From assembly GCA_963839205.1 (NCBI GenBank), contig CAWITU010000002.1:148627-212626 (forward strand): 64,000 nt of DNA, given 5' to 3'. The first letter of the stretch is position 1. Each line of letters starts with the position of its first letter. Shown here piece after piece: positions 19,424 through 28,704 of this stretch. The position numbers were made by a program, and so were the translations under genes. This DNA is from an uncultured bacterium (GTDB lineage: Bacteria; Patescibacteriota; Minisyncoccia; Phycocordibacterales; CAWITU01). The notes below the pieces were generated by a model. The model did no database searches, had not been told where the DNA came from, and was given only the letters and a program-made list of their open reading frames with translations.

Positions 19424-22400
19424 ATGAGTAATAAATTAAGAATAATCATTGGAGGTGTCGCCGCTTCTGCTGTCGCTCTTAGTGCCATCATTTCACTTGG
19501 TACTGTTGCTACTGCTTCTGCCGCTTCCTTCAGTGGATACACTTTCTCCGCTCCTCTTAAACAAGGATCAAGCGGTCAGGAAGTTTTGGAACTTCAGCAG
19601 GTTCTTAACTCGAACCCTGCAACACAAGTTTCAACAACAGGTGCTGGTTCCCCTGGTAATGAAACAACTTACTTCGGAGGCCTAACCAAAGCTGCAGTTA
19701 TCGCTTTTCAGAATCTTTATGCATCAAGCGTTCTTACACCACTTGGCCTGACATCAGGTACAGGATATGTAGGAGCTGCCACATTGGCAGAGCTTAATGC
19801 TATTGCTGCTGGTAGCCCAACTACAGTTACAACAACAACTGCTGGATGTGCTGCGGGTGCTGCTTTCAGTTCAACAACTGGACAGCCATGCACAACAAGC
19901 ACAACTACAGGTACAGTAACAACATCAGGAAATGTCACAGCTTCTCTTGCTGCTGACAATACTCCTGCTCGTTCTATTGTATTGGGTCAGTCTTCAGCTG
20001 AACTAGCTAGATTCGTCTTCAGTGGTAATGGATCAGTTACAAACGTAACTCTCCAACAGACTGGACTTTCTGCTTACAACAACACATTAAACAATGTCTA
20101 CCTATACAATGGTGGAACTCGTTTAACTGATTCAGGTTCAGTATCTTCAAATGGTGTCATTACTTTCAACAATCCAGCTGGATTGTTCACAGTAAGTGGT
20201 AGCATGGAAGTTACTGTCCGCGCCGACCTTGTTCCTGCTAGTCAGAACAGTGGTCAGACTGGAACTGTAGGTGTTGAACTTACAGGCTTTGCTGTTAACA
20301 GTGGTACTGAAGCTACAACAGCTTTGAATGGCAATTTGATGACAATCATCAATGTCACTCCTGCTCAAGTTACCTTTACACAACCAATCAGTAATCCAGT
20401 AGCTCCAGGCAATACTGTTAGTGTAAATGCTGGTACAACTAACTATACAATTTGGTCAAATACTCTCGGTGTTTCAACCCGAGCCGTTGATCTATATGAT
20501 GCAACATTCCAAATCGTAGGTTCAGCCCCAGCAAGTTCATTTGCTAACATCAAACTTTATGTTGATGGAACACAAGTTGGAAATGCTGGAACAATCCAGA
20601 ACATTAGTGGAAGCAGTTACATTGTCTTCGACGAAACTTCAAACCCATATGTAATCTCAACAGGTTCACATGATCTAGAAGTTAGAGCTGACATTGTCGG
20701 TGGTGCAAGTGATAACTTCACTGTCGCTATCCGAAATCCTGCTGACTTGATGTTACAAGACTCACAGCTTGCTGGTGTCTTCGTTGCTCCATCAACAACA
20801 ACTGTTGGTGTCGCTGCAATTCCTGGTAACACAGTAGAAGGAACAATTGACATTAACCAGGGTTCAAACTCTGTAACTAATGATCCTAACTTTACAACAA
20901 CAACTCTTTCTAGTGGATCAACAAATACGACAATTGCGTCGTATGTCTTCACTGGTTATGGTGAAAATGTAAAGATTTCTTCATTGAATGTTCTCCCACA
21001 ACTTACTGGTAGTTCTCTTGGTAACAGTTTGAACAACGTTTCACTTTATGCAAACGGTGCTCAGATTGGTTCAACTCAGAATTACAATGGAAATGGTACA
21101 CCTTTGTCCTTTAATCTCGGATCATCTTTGATTATCCCAGTTGGACAATCAGTTACAGTTTCTGTAAAAGCTGACTTGATTAATTCAACAAGTAGTAATC
21201 CTTACACAAGTGGTAATTTGGATGTCCAGTTGAGTTCTGTTACCTCTGGAAATGCTCAGGGTCAGAGTTCACAACAGTTGGCAACAATTCCTGCTTATGG
21301 AACTTATGTTCAAAGCCCAACTTTGACTATCGGTGGTAATTCAGTAACTGTTTCTGCAAACTCTGCTTACTCAAACCAGACAGTTGCTCCAAATACCGCA
21401 GCCTTCAAGGTTGGTTCATATACCATTCAAGCTGGCTCATCTGATAGCTTTAGAGTTACAAACTTGGTAGTCGGTGTTACTTCAAGTGCTGGGCTTACAA
21501 ACTAATCTTGCTAACTTGAAGGTTGTCGGAACTGGTATTGCAGTTAATCCTGTAAATCCACAAGGTTCAAACAACTTCTCAACTAACTTCACTATTCCTG
21601 AAAATGGTTCAACTCAAGTTGATGTCTATGCTGATGTTGGTGCCTCAATTGGTACTGCTTCAACAACATTGACTGTAACTGGTACAACCGTTTCAGGTAA
21701 TGTAAGTACAACAACTGCTGCTGTTAATGGTCAGAATATCTCAATCTCAACAGGTCAGCTTTCTACTCCAACAATTGTTACCTCAAATACTGCGGTATCA
21801 CAATATGTTGTTGGTGGAACCTCACCTCAGATTGCTGAGTACAACCTTGTATCAACTTCAAGTCCTGCTACTGTTCAAGAATTGCAGTTCACAGTTTCTG
21901 GTTCACAATCAGGTACTGTCAGTGCAGTTACTTTGAAAGTTAATGGTACGACTGTTGGTGGTCCTATTACTGTAAACAATGGTGTTGCCGACCTTTCAGG
22001 TCTTAACATCGCTGTTCCAGTAAGCAATGCCGGTATCTATCTTGATGTAGTTCCTACCTTTGGTGGAGTTGGTATTAACCAACCTGTCTCCTCTGGTGCT
22101 ACTACAACAATTGCTCTTACCTACCTCAAATCAATTTCTGGTAGCGTAACGACAGTTAATAGCACATTGAATGTTGGTTCAGGAAGCACAATTACATTAG
22201 TATCTTCAAAGCCTACAATCAGTATCGCAACACCATCAAATGTTACGTTAACTGCTGGTTTGGTTGAAGTTGCTGATGTAACAGTATCTGCTGACAGTAA
22301 TGGTTCAATCGGTCTTGCACAATTACCAATCAAAATCTCAACTGGTAACATCGCTCTAGGAAGCACCCAGCTTGTCGTTAAGGTTGGTGGAGTTCAGCTT

Positions 22401-22715
22401 TCAACAAATGTGTTGTCAGCCGCAAGCTCAACATTGTCAAGCACCAGTTCAAACGCTAGTGGTAACATAACCTTCAACACTGATAACAATGGACAAGGTT
22501 ATATCATCAGCGCCGGTCAGTCTGTAACCTTCCAGGTCTTCGCTACTCTAACAGGTGGTGGTGCATCAGGTACTACAGATTCAACTGTTACTTCGATTGG
22601 TACAAATACCAGCTTCAAGTGGATTGATATAAATGGAAATGCAACTCATCAACTCGATGGTTCAGCCATTTACAACTATCCAACTGGGCAGTCTTACTTG
22701 TCTCGATCTAACTAA
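19424..22715 (+). CDS. large repetitive cell-surface protein (PG-binding domain + about 8 beta-rich modules); one apparent frameshift near 21485
   Basis: Signal/anchor MSNKLRIIIGGVAASAVALSAI.., PG_binding_1-like segment (GSSGQEVLELQQVLN...LTKAAVIAFQ), Thr-rich linker, then repeated modules of about 110-130 aa ending ..V(R/K)AD(L/I). The two tracked ORFs join as ..SSAGLTN/NLANLKVVG. Confidence 0.7.
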
Positions 22716-22728
22716 CCTCTTGTGAATC

Positions 22729-22890
22729 TTCTGAAATAGGGAAACTTATTTCGGCCCCACTTCGCTCCTTCGGAGCTTCGACGGGGCAGGAAGATTTGGT
22801 TGAGAAAAGCCCTTCCGCTTTAAGCGGAAGGGCTTTTCTTTTTGCCAGTAATTTAATTTGGTACGTCTCTAGAGTAACTAGTATTGATTT
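22729..22890. repeat. copy A of a roughly 160-nt structured intergenic repeat (contains a terminator)
   Basis: TTCTGAAATAGGGAAACTTATTTCGGCCCC..GCTCCTTCGGAGC..GATTTGGTTGAGAAAAGCCC-hairpin-TTTTCTTTTT..ACGTCTC..TAGTATTGATTT. About 85% identical by eye to 23600-23757. Confidence 0.8.
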
Positions 22891-22964
22891 ATGATTTTGG
22901 TTTGAGTGTAACTTGAAACTTTTCAGTTATAGTCAAAGTATTATAGATAAGCTATAATCGACAT

Positions 22965-23291
22965 ATGAAAAAAGATACAAGCAATAGGGCCTTAATATTT
23001 GCCGGAATTACTGTATCTCCAGAGGAGAGTTTTAGGGTTGGTTTAGAAATCAAGAAGATAGGGGGACTGACTTTCAGCAAGATTAAAAGAAGCAAAGAAG
23101 GTTGGTTTACCCAATGCGACCAGGTTCCAGGCATTATTGCTGGTAATACTAATCCCAATCCAGACAATGTTGAAATTGAAGCTCATATCCGACAGGCAAT
23201 AATTGCAGCTTTTAATATAAAAGTTGTCGGAGAAACTTCCATTGAGTCTCCTTTTAGGTTCGAGTATGACAGTGTCTCACATAAGGAATAG
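22965..23291 (+). CDS. HicB-like antitoxin-fold protein
   Basis: GWFTQCDQVPGIIAGNTNPNPDNVEIEAHIRQAIIAAF resembles the HicB/UPF0150 N-domain. A HicA-like ORF follows after 5 nt. Confidence 0.55.
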   Translation: MKKDTSNRALIFAGITVSPEESFRVGLEIKKIGGLTFSKIKRSKEGWFTQCDQVPGIIAGNTNPNPDNVEIEAHIRQAIIAAFNIKVVGETSIESPFRFEYDSVSHKE

Positions 23292-23296
23292 GGGAA

Positions 23297-23590
23297 ATGG
23301 TCAGTTCAGGAATTACAAATCGTGAGCTGAAGAAGAGGCTGGGCAATATTGGTCAAAAGGAGTGGCTGAAACTTGCCAAAGACAATGAACTTTTGGTTCT
23401 ATCTGGTAAGAGCGGTTCTCATTACATTAACATTAGAGATCCAAAAAATTCTGATCCAAAAGATCCTCGTGGATTAATCACTACACTGATTCCCAAACTA
23501 TTTAAACAAGCTAATGAAGAAATTTTCAAAAGATTTCTTAAATATGGCCTTTCAGAAAATGATATTTGGAAGGGATTAGGAATGATGTAA
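23297..23590 (+). CDS. HicA-like (YcfA-type) putative toxin, divergent
   Basis: SGKSGSHYINIRDP motif (GSH core) and a C-terminal ..GLSENDIWKGLG similar to HicA C-termini. Confidence 0.45.
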   Translation: MVSSGITNRELKKRLGNIGQKEWLKLAKDNELLVLSGKSGSHYINIRDPKNSDPKDPRGLITTLIPKLFKQANEEIFKRFLKYGLSENDIWKGLGMM

Positions 23591-23599
23591 TTTTCTAAA

Positions 23600-23757
23600 T
23601 TCTGAAGTAGGGAAACTTATTTCAGCCCGCCTTCGCTCCTTCGGAGCTTCGGCGAGGCAGGGAGATTTGGTTGAGAAAAGCCCCCATAATGGGGGCTTTT
23701 CTTTTTGGGAGTAATCAAGGTTGTGTTATTACGTCTCGAAGTTAATAGTATTGATTT
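23600..23757. repeat. copy B of the roughly 160-nt structured intergenic repeat
   Basis: Same order of blocks as 22729-22890. The terminator stem differs in sequence (GCCCCCATAATGGGGGC versus GCCCTTCCGC..GCGGAAGGGC) but remains a hairpin. Confidence 0.8.
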
Positions 23758-23784
23758 TAGGTATTAATTTGCTATATTTATATC

Positions 23785-23873
23785 GTGCCTGTGGGCGAAA
23801 GCCCCGTTCAGCTAAGGTATTTCTAAGCTGAAGGCAGGCATAACAAAGGTACCGCCTCCGAGCGGTATTTTTG
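23785..23873 (+). ncRNA. candidate small structured RNA (three-way junction + intrinsic terminator)
   Basis: TTGATT-16nt-TATATT promoter-like boxes upstream. P1 TGCCTG/CAGGCA, P2 GGGC-GAAA-GCCC, P3 TTCAGCT/AGCTGAA, then a TACCGC/GCGGTA hairpin + TTTTT. Confidence 0.35.
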
Positions 23874-23965
23874 TTACTCATCAAGAAATCCTGTCCAGCA
23901 CTACATACTTAAAAGTTGGTGTCATAATTTGAAACTCAGCGCGTCTGGTGTTAGTATAGAAAGGT

Positions 23966-24286
23966 ATGAAAAATAATTTAAAACAAGGTTCAATACGAAC
24001 AATCATATTCAAAGAAGATGACATATGGTATGCCGTTGGTCTTGAGTTTAATATTGTGACCGAGGGAGACACCCCTGAGATGGCGTCTTTCAATCTTCAT
24101 GAGGCTATTTCAGGTTATGTAGAATCTCTACAACATAGTAAGGTAGGAGGAATGAGGACTGAGGCCACTCTAAACCAGAAGTCTGATCCTGAATATGAAA
24201 AGCTTTGGGATAAGCTAGAAGGCAATAAGCCTATTCCATCTCCGTACCATGTACATTCATTTGGTAGATTTCTTTTATCTAAATAA
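23966..24286 (+). CDS. hicB: HicB-family antitoxin
   Basis: IWYAVGLEFNIVTEGDTPEMASFNLHEAISGYVESL matches the HicB N-domain pattern. Immediately upstream of a clear HicA. Confidence 0.65.
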   Translation: MKNNLKQGSIRTIIFKEDDIWYAVGLEFNIVTEGDTPEMASFNLHEAISGYVESLQHSKVGGMRTEATLNQKSDPEYEKLWDKLEGNKPIPSPYHVHSFGRFLLSK

Positions 24287-24295
24287 TCATACTAA

Positions 24296-24526
24296 ATGCC
24301 GAATGGCCTAATGAATTGGACATTTGACGATGTAATTAAATTTCTAAAGAGACATTCTTTCCTCTATAACTATACGAAGGGAAGTCACTATTTCTATATT
24401 GGCTCTCATGGTGGCATCTCAAGACAAGTTGCTGTCCCATTTCACGGAAGTAAGAGCATAAAGCCAAGGACACTAAAGGGTATTATCCTCCAGTCTGGCA
24501 TATCAAAGGAAGAATGGATGAAATAA
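24296..24526 (+). CDS. hicA: HicA-family mRNA-interferase toxin
   Basis: VIKFLKRHSF...KGSHYFY...VAVPFHGSKSIKPRTLKGIILQSGISKEEW is the canonical HicA/YcfA pattern. Confidence 0.8.
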   Translation: MPNGLMNWTFDDVIKFLKRHSFLYNYTKGSHYFYIGSHGGISRQVAVPFHGSKSIKPRTLKGIILQSGISKEEWMK

Positions 24527-24604
24527 ATAAGGATGTAAGTCGTAACAAAATACAAGCTATCACGTCTTATTATGTAAGAGTATTAAAAGTTTAATTATAA
24601 AAAT

Positions 24605-25096
24605 ATGGATAAAAATTCCAAGATTGTCTGGACGGTTGTGGCTGTTGTAGTAATCATTATTTTGGGTATTTGGATTTGGACAGCTAATAGCGTGTCAGTA
24701 ACTCCTGTAACTGATACAGGGACGGCTACAACGACTGCAACAACAACTGTTGCAACTACTACAGTTCAGGCTGCTGAAGTTGGACTTACAGCCGGACAAC
24801 CAGCTATCGCTTATGAGGACGCGCTCTCACTTTATGCTAATGAGCGAATCCAGTTTAGTAATCCGGGAGCTACTGCGACTTGTCAGGCGCTTCCAACTGC
24901 AGTGACTTTCCGATCTGGTGTTTCGTTTATGCTTGATAACAGATTAGATAGAACTGCCGTTATCCATTTCACAACTGGTGTTGTTTATACACTACCTGCC
25001 TATAGTTTTGAAATCATTACTCTAAATAGCATTCATTCATACAATGTTGATTGTAATGCCTCCCAGAACGTAGTTACTGTATCTATCCAGAAATAA
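24605..25096 (+). CDS. TM-anchored secreted hypothetical protein with Thr-rich linker
   Basis: N-terminal TM (IVWTVVAVVVIIILGIWIW), TGTATTTATTTVATTTV linker, globular C-domain. Confidence 0.5.
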   Translation: MDKNSKIVWTVVAVVVIIILGIWIWTANSVSVTPVTDTGTATTTATTTVATTTVQAAEVGLTAGQPAIAYEDALSLYANERIQFSNPGATATCQALPTAVTFRSGVSFMLDNRLDRTAVIHFTTGVVYTLPAYSFEIITLNSIHSYNVDCNASQNVVTVSIQK

Positions 25097-25110
25097 GAAG
25101 GAAAACAAAA

Positions 25111-25145
25111 AGAGCCCCGACATTATCGGCGGGGCTCTTTGTTGT
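25111..25145 (+). terminator. rho-independent terminator
   Basis: AGAGCCCCG..CGGGGCTCT hairpin followed by TTGTTG. Confidence 0.6.
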
Positions 25146-25156
25146 ATAATATCTGA

Positions 25157-25309
25157 ATGTTAGACAAAGCTTCAATTAAATTCATCTTCGGCTTCCTCGG
25201 AATCGTCTTCATCAGCTTCCTTATCTTTATTGCTGTCGGTTTCTACAAAAAATTCGTTGGTGACGACAGTACCGCTATCTGTTGTACGGCCTCAACTTCA
25301 GTTCAGTAA
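25157..25309 (+). CDS. possible 50-aa small membrane protein (not in ORF track)
   Basis: ATG 25157 ... TAA 25307-25309 translates to MLDKASIKFIFGFLGIVFISFLIFIAVGFYKKFVGDDSTAICCTASTSVQ, with one clear TM helix. Confidence 0.3.
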   Translation: MLDKASIKFIFGFLGIVFISFLIFIAVGFYKKFVGDDSTAICCTASTSVQ

Positions 25310-25376
25310 AATTACATCATATTTTCTTTAACTAATTTTTAAGCGTTTTTCATGCGCCTCTTGTTATAAAGATGGC

Positions 25377-28324
25377 ATGAAAAAAATAATTAAATTAGGT
25401 TCCGGTATTTTACTATCGACACTTTTTATTATTGGTAATGCTCATGCTTCAACCATTGTTTCGGGCGATATCACAACCGATACCACTTGGACCGAATCTG
25501 GCAGTCCATACATTCTTTCAAATATTATTCAAGTGGCGCCTGGGGCGACTCTAACTATTGACCCAGGCACCACGATTCAATTTGATCCAAGCCCCGATAA
25601 CCAATCAGTTTTTATTGCTGATAATGGAACAATTAAGGCGCAAGGAGATATTGATAATCCGGTAAAATTCAATGGAGTTGGTCTTTATTTTTATTCAGCA
25701 AGCTCAACATTGCGAAATCTCTCTTTTGAAAATGCGGGTTCCGCTATTTCTTTATTCGGCGGAAGCCATATTGATGCAAATAATATTTTAGTTGTTAACA
25801 CGTCTGGGAAATCCAGCAATTCAAATTTATGAGAATTCTTATCTTTCACTTGCCAGTAGTACTATCACCAACAGTCACGGTCAGTACGCTGTTGAAATTT
25901 ATGAATCAAATGCAGACATATCAAGTTCAACATTCTCAGGCGGAGATAACGTGGGGTTCGGGCTATATGGTGCTAATTTGAAATTAGATCATTCTGTTAT
26001 CAGCCATTTTACATCAGGTCTCTATTCTTTTGATGAAGTTGGTTCTTCAAGTACATTTGTCTCAATCAGAAATTCAGAAATATCAAATAATCAGTTTGGA
26101 ATTAAGTCTTGGGGTAATGGCAATAATTTTTCAATATCGACGAGTACCATTTACGGCAATACTTCCTACGGAATTTATAATTATGATTCTAACCAACTAT
26201 CTGCCGAAAATAATTGGTGGGGAGATCCATCTGGCCCGAAGAATCAAACAGCTAATCCAAAAGGTATGGGTAATTCAGTTTCAGATAATGTTTTAGTTTC
26301 ACCATGGCAAGTTTCCTGGCCACCAGTTTTAAAAGATCCATGCTGTTCTAATGTTTTATTTATTCCAGGAATTGAGACAAGTCGGCTATATTCAGGAAAT
26401 TCCACAACAACCGAAAAGCGCTTGTGGGAACCAAATATGATTACAAGCACAGTTCCAAAACTTTTTCTTAATACAGACGGGACAAGTCAGGATTCATCAA
26501 TTCACGTCAAAGACGTTATTGCTACGAGTAGTATTTGTAATTGCTTTCTTGATCAAGATGTTTATGCAGATTTCAATTCCTTCATGGATTTACTGAAGAA
26601 AAACGGAACCATAAACGATTGGCAAACTGTTCCGTATGATTGGCGTCTGGATATGAATAGCGATATTGATAACGGCATACAATACCCAAATGGCGTTATT
26701 TGAATATCATAGATCAGTTGAGATCCGAAGCTAGTTCATCAAAGACTCATAAGGTGACAATAATTACTCATAGTAATGGTGGGACTATTTGCCAAATTGC
26801 TTTTATATAAACTTGAGCAGATGAAAATTAAATCAGAGTGACAATTTAATTGACTCAATCGATAAGGTAATTATGGTGGCTGCTCCACAAATAGGAACTC
26901 CTGATGCTCTTGGCGCACTCCTTCACGGGGATGATCAGTCCATTGGTTACGGCGGTTATATCTTGAATGGCACAACGGCCCGGAGTCTCGCTGAAAACAT
27001 GCCGACCGCATATGCATTATTACCTTCATCTGCGTATTTTCAAAATGCCAGTGACACAGTAATAAGTTTTGATGAAGGGGCAAAGAAAATATCAGGATTT
27101 TCACACTATGGTTCTGCGATCACCGATAAGAGCACTCTAAGTAATTTTCTACTGAGTAATAACGATTCAAGAACTAAGCCACCTGCGAGCGATTTAAACG
27201 ATCCAAATATTTTAAATAGTAGCTCTAATAGTGAAGGCCGATCGAGCTTCACTCTATAATTGATAATTTTGTCGCTCCATCATCAACTCAGATTTATAAG
27301 ATAGCGGGTGTTGGCGTGGATACATTAAAAAGTATTGATTATTCAACGGCAGAAGATTGTACCATTCCATATATTCTCAATTGTAAAAATGTACTGACAA
27401 GGACTTTAGCAAAGAACCGCTCTGGGTGACGGCACGGTTATAAGTAAGAGTGCAATCTACGGAGGGGGCCAAGGTTTCTATGTAAACTTGCTCAAGAAGA
27501 ATATGGATTCTAGTACTAATTATAATCACCAAACAATTATGGAGGTTCCAGAGGTGGATCAATTTATCCAAAATATATTTACTAATGCAACTCAGACCCC
27601 GAATTATATTACTTCTATACCGGCTGATGTATCAAACACAAACAAACTTGAATTAAGTGTTCACTCGCCGGTTTCACTGGATGTTTATGATCAAAACGGC
27701 AGACATGTTGGTTTATCAAAAATTGCTTCATCAACACCCGATGGTAGTTTTATTGATACTCAAATACCAAATAGTCAGTATTATCAGATTGGAGATGATA
27801 AATATATAACTATTCCAAATGCCGCAAACTATACAGTAAAACTTCAAGGACAGGCGCAAGGTTCGTTCACACTAGATACCGAGACTTTAAGTGGGGATAA
27901 TGTTGTGTCATCAAGTAGCTTTGAAGACGTACCGGTTTCAACATCGACTGAGGCAACTCTTTCAATTTCTTCTAGTATACCCGTCGCTAGTAGCACTCTA
28001 TCAGTTGATTTGAATGGTGATGGTAAATCTGATTATGTTTTGAAATCAGATCAATCTGGCGATTTAAATCTATATCTACAGAGTATTAAAAATATGATTA
28101 CCGGTTTAGGCCTAACTTCAAAGATCCAAGATGAATTATTTATGAAATTGGATAAACTCTCGGCTCAGTATAAAAGTGGTAAAATTAAAGATGTTGAAAG
28201 GAAGATCAAAGAATATATTTATCGGCTCAAAAAAGAAGAAGGACCACGTCATCGAATTAATGCAACAGATAGGGACGAGCTCGTGACTATCTTCCAAGAT
28301 TTCCTAAATGATTTAACACCATAA
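25377..28324 (+). pseudogene. secreted parallel-beta-helix + alpha/beta-hydrolase (lipase-like) protein, fragmented by at least 5 frame changes
   Basis: Signal peptide MKKIIKLGSGILLSTLFIIGNAHAS, beta-helix repeats and NNWWGDPSGP, nucleophile elbow ITHSNGG (in a third frame near 26770), then VIMVAAPQIGTP. The pieces lie in frames 0/1/other/2. Confidence 0.7.
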
Positions 28325-28325
28325 T

Positions 28326-28649
28326 ATGATTCTTTATAAAATATGTTACGTTGTTCTAAGTCTGCAGGTACTACTTCTTGGAATTCTTGCTCTTATTGGT
28401 TTACATAATCCGGCCATCTGGGTCTTTGGACCTTTGTTTATCGGAATGCCATTGTCCGCCTTAAATCTTTTCTTGATTATCTATACAAATTTTCGGCCAG
28501 AGTATTTTAATCAACCAATCGTTAGTAAAAGATTATTTCAGATGTTAGTAATCGGATTTATTCTGTTTATTATGAATTTCTTTTGTTATTTTTGGTGGCT
28601 ATACGTTGGTTCTCAAGGTCTCTGGCACGGCTTAGGCAGTATAGGATAA
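28326..28649 (+). CDS. small integral membrane protein
   Basis: 107 aa with 3-4 hydrophobic helices. Confidence 0.5.
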   Translation: MILYKICYVVLSLQVLLLGILALIGLHNPAIWVFGPLFIGMPLSALNLFLIIYTNFRPEYFNQPIVSKRLFQMLVIGFILFIMNFFCYFWWLYVGSQGLWHGLGSIG

Positions 28650-28704
28650 TTACAATTATATTGGGTCTCTTTATTTTCCAGCTTAAATCGTCTATAGTTC
28701 TCAT

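Noticed and set aside
19449-22366. Several 70-110-aa ORFs in other frames or on the other strand within the surface-protein gene (for example 19449-19685, 19717-19959, 20617-20952, 22121-22366).
   Set aside because: They are embedded in a long ORF with a coherent domain and repeat structure. Their low-complexity translations reflect the biased composition of that gene.
22729-23757. Integron attC sites or a CRISPR-like array as the nature of the repeated intergenic element.
   Set aside because: There are only two full copies, about 160 nt long and 871 bp apart. There are no GTTRRRY/RYYYAAC core pairs, no integrase or cas genes in the window, and the repeats contain ordinary terminators.
23881-24093. 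Minus-strand 70-aa ORF overlapping the hicB start.
   Set aside because: It is antisense to a well-supported HicB/HicA pair, and it has no start context or recognisable features.
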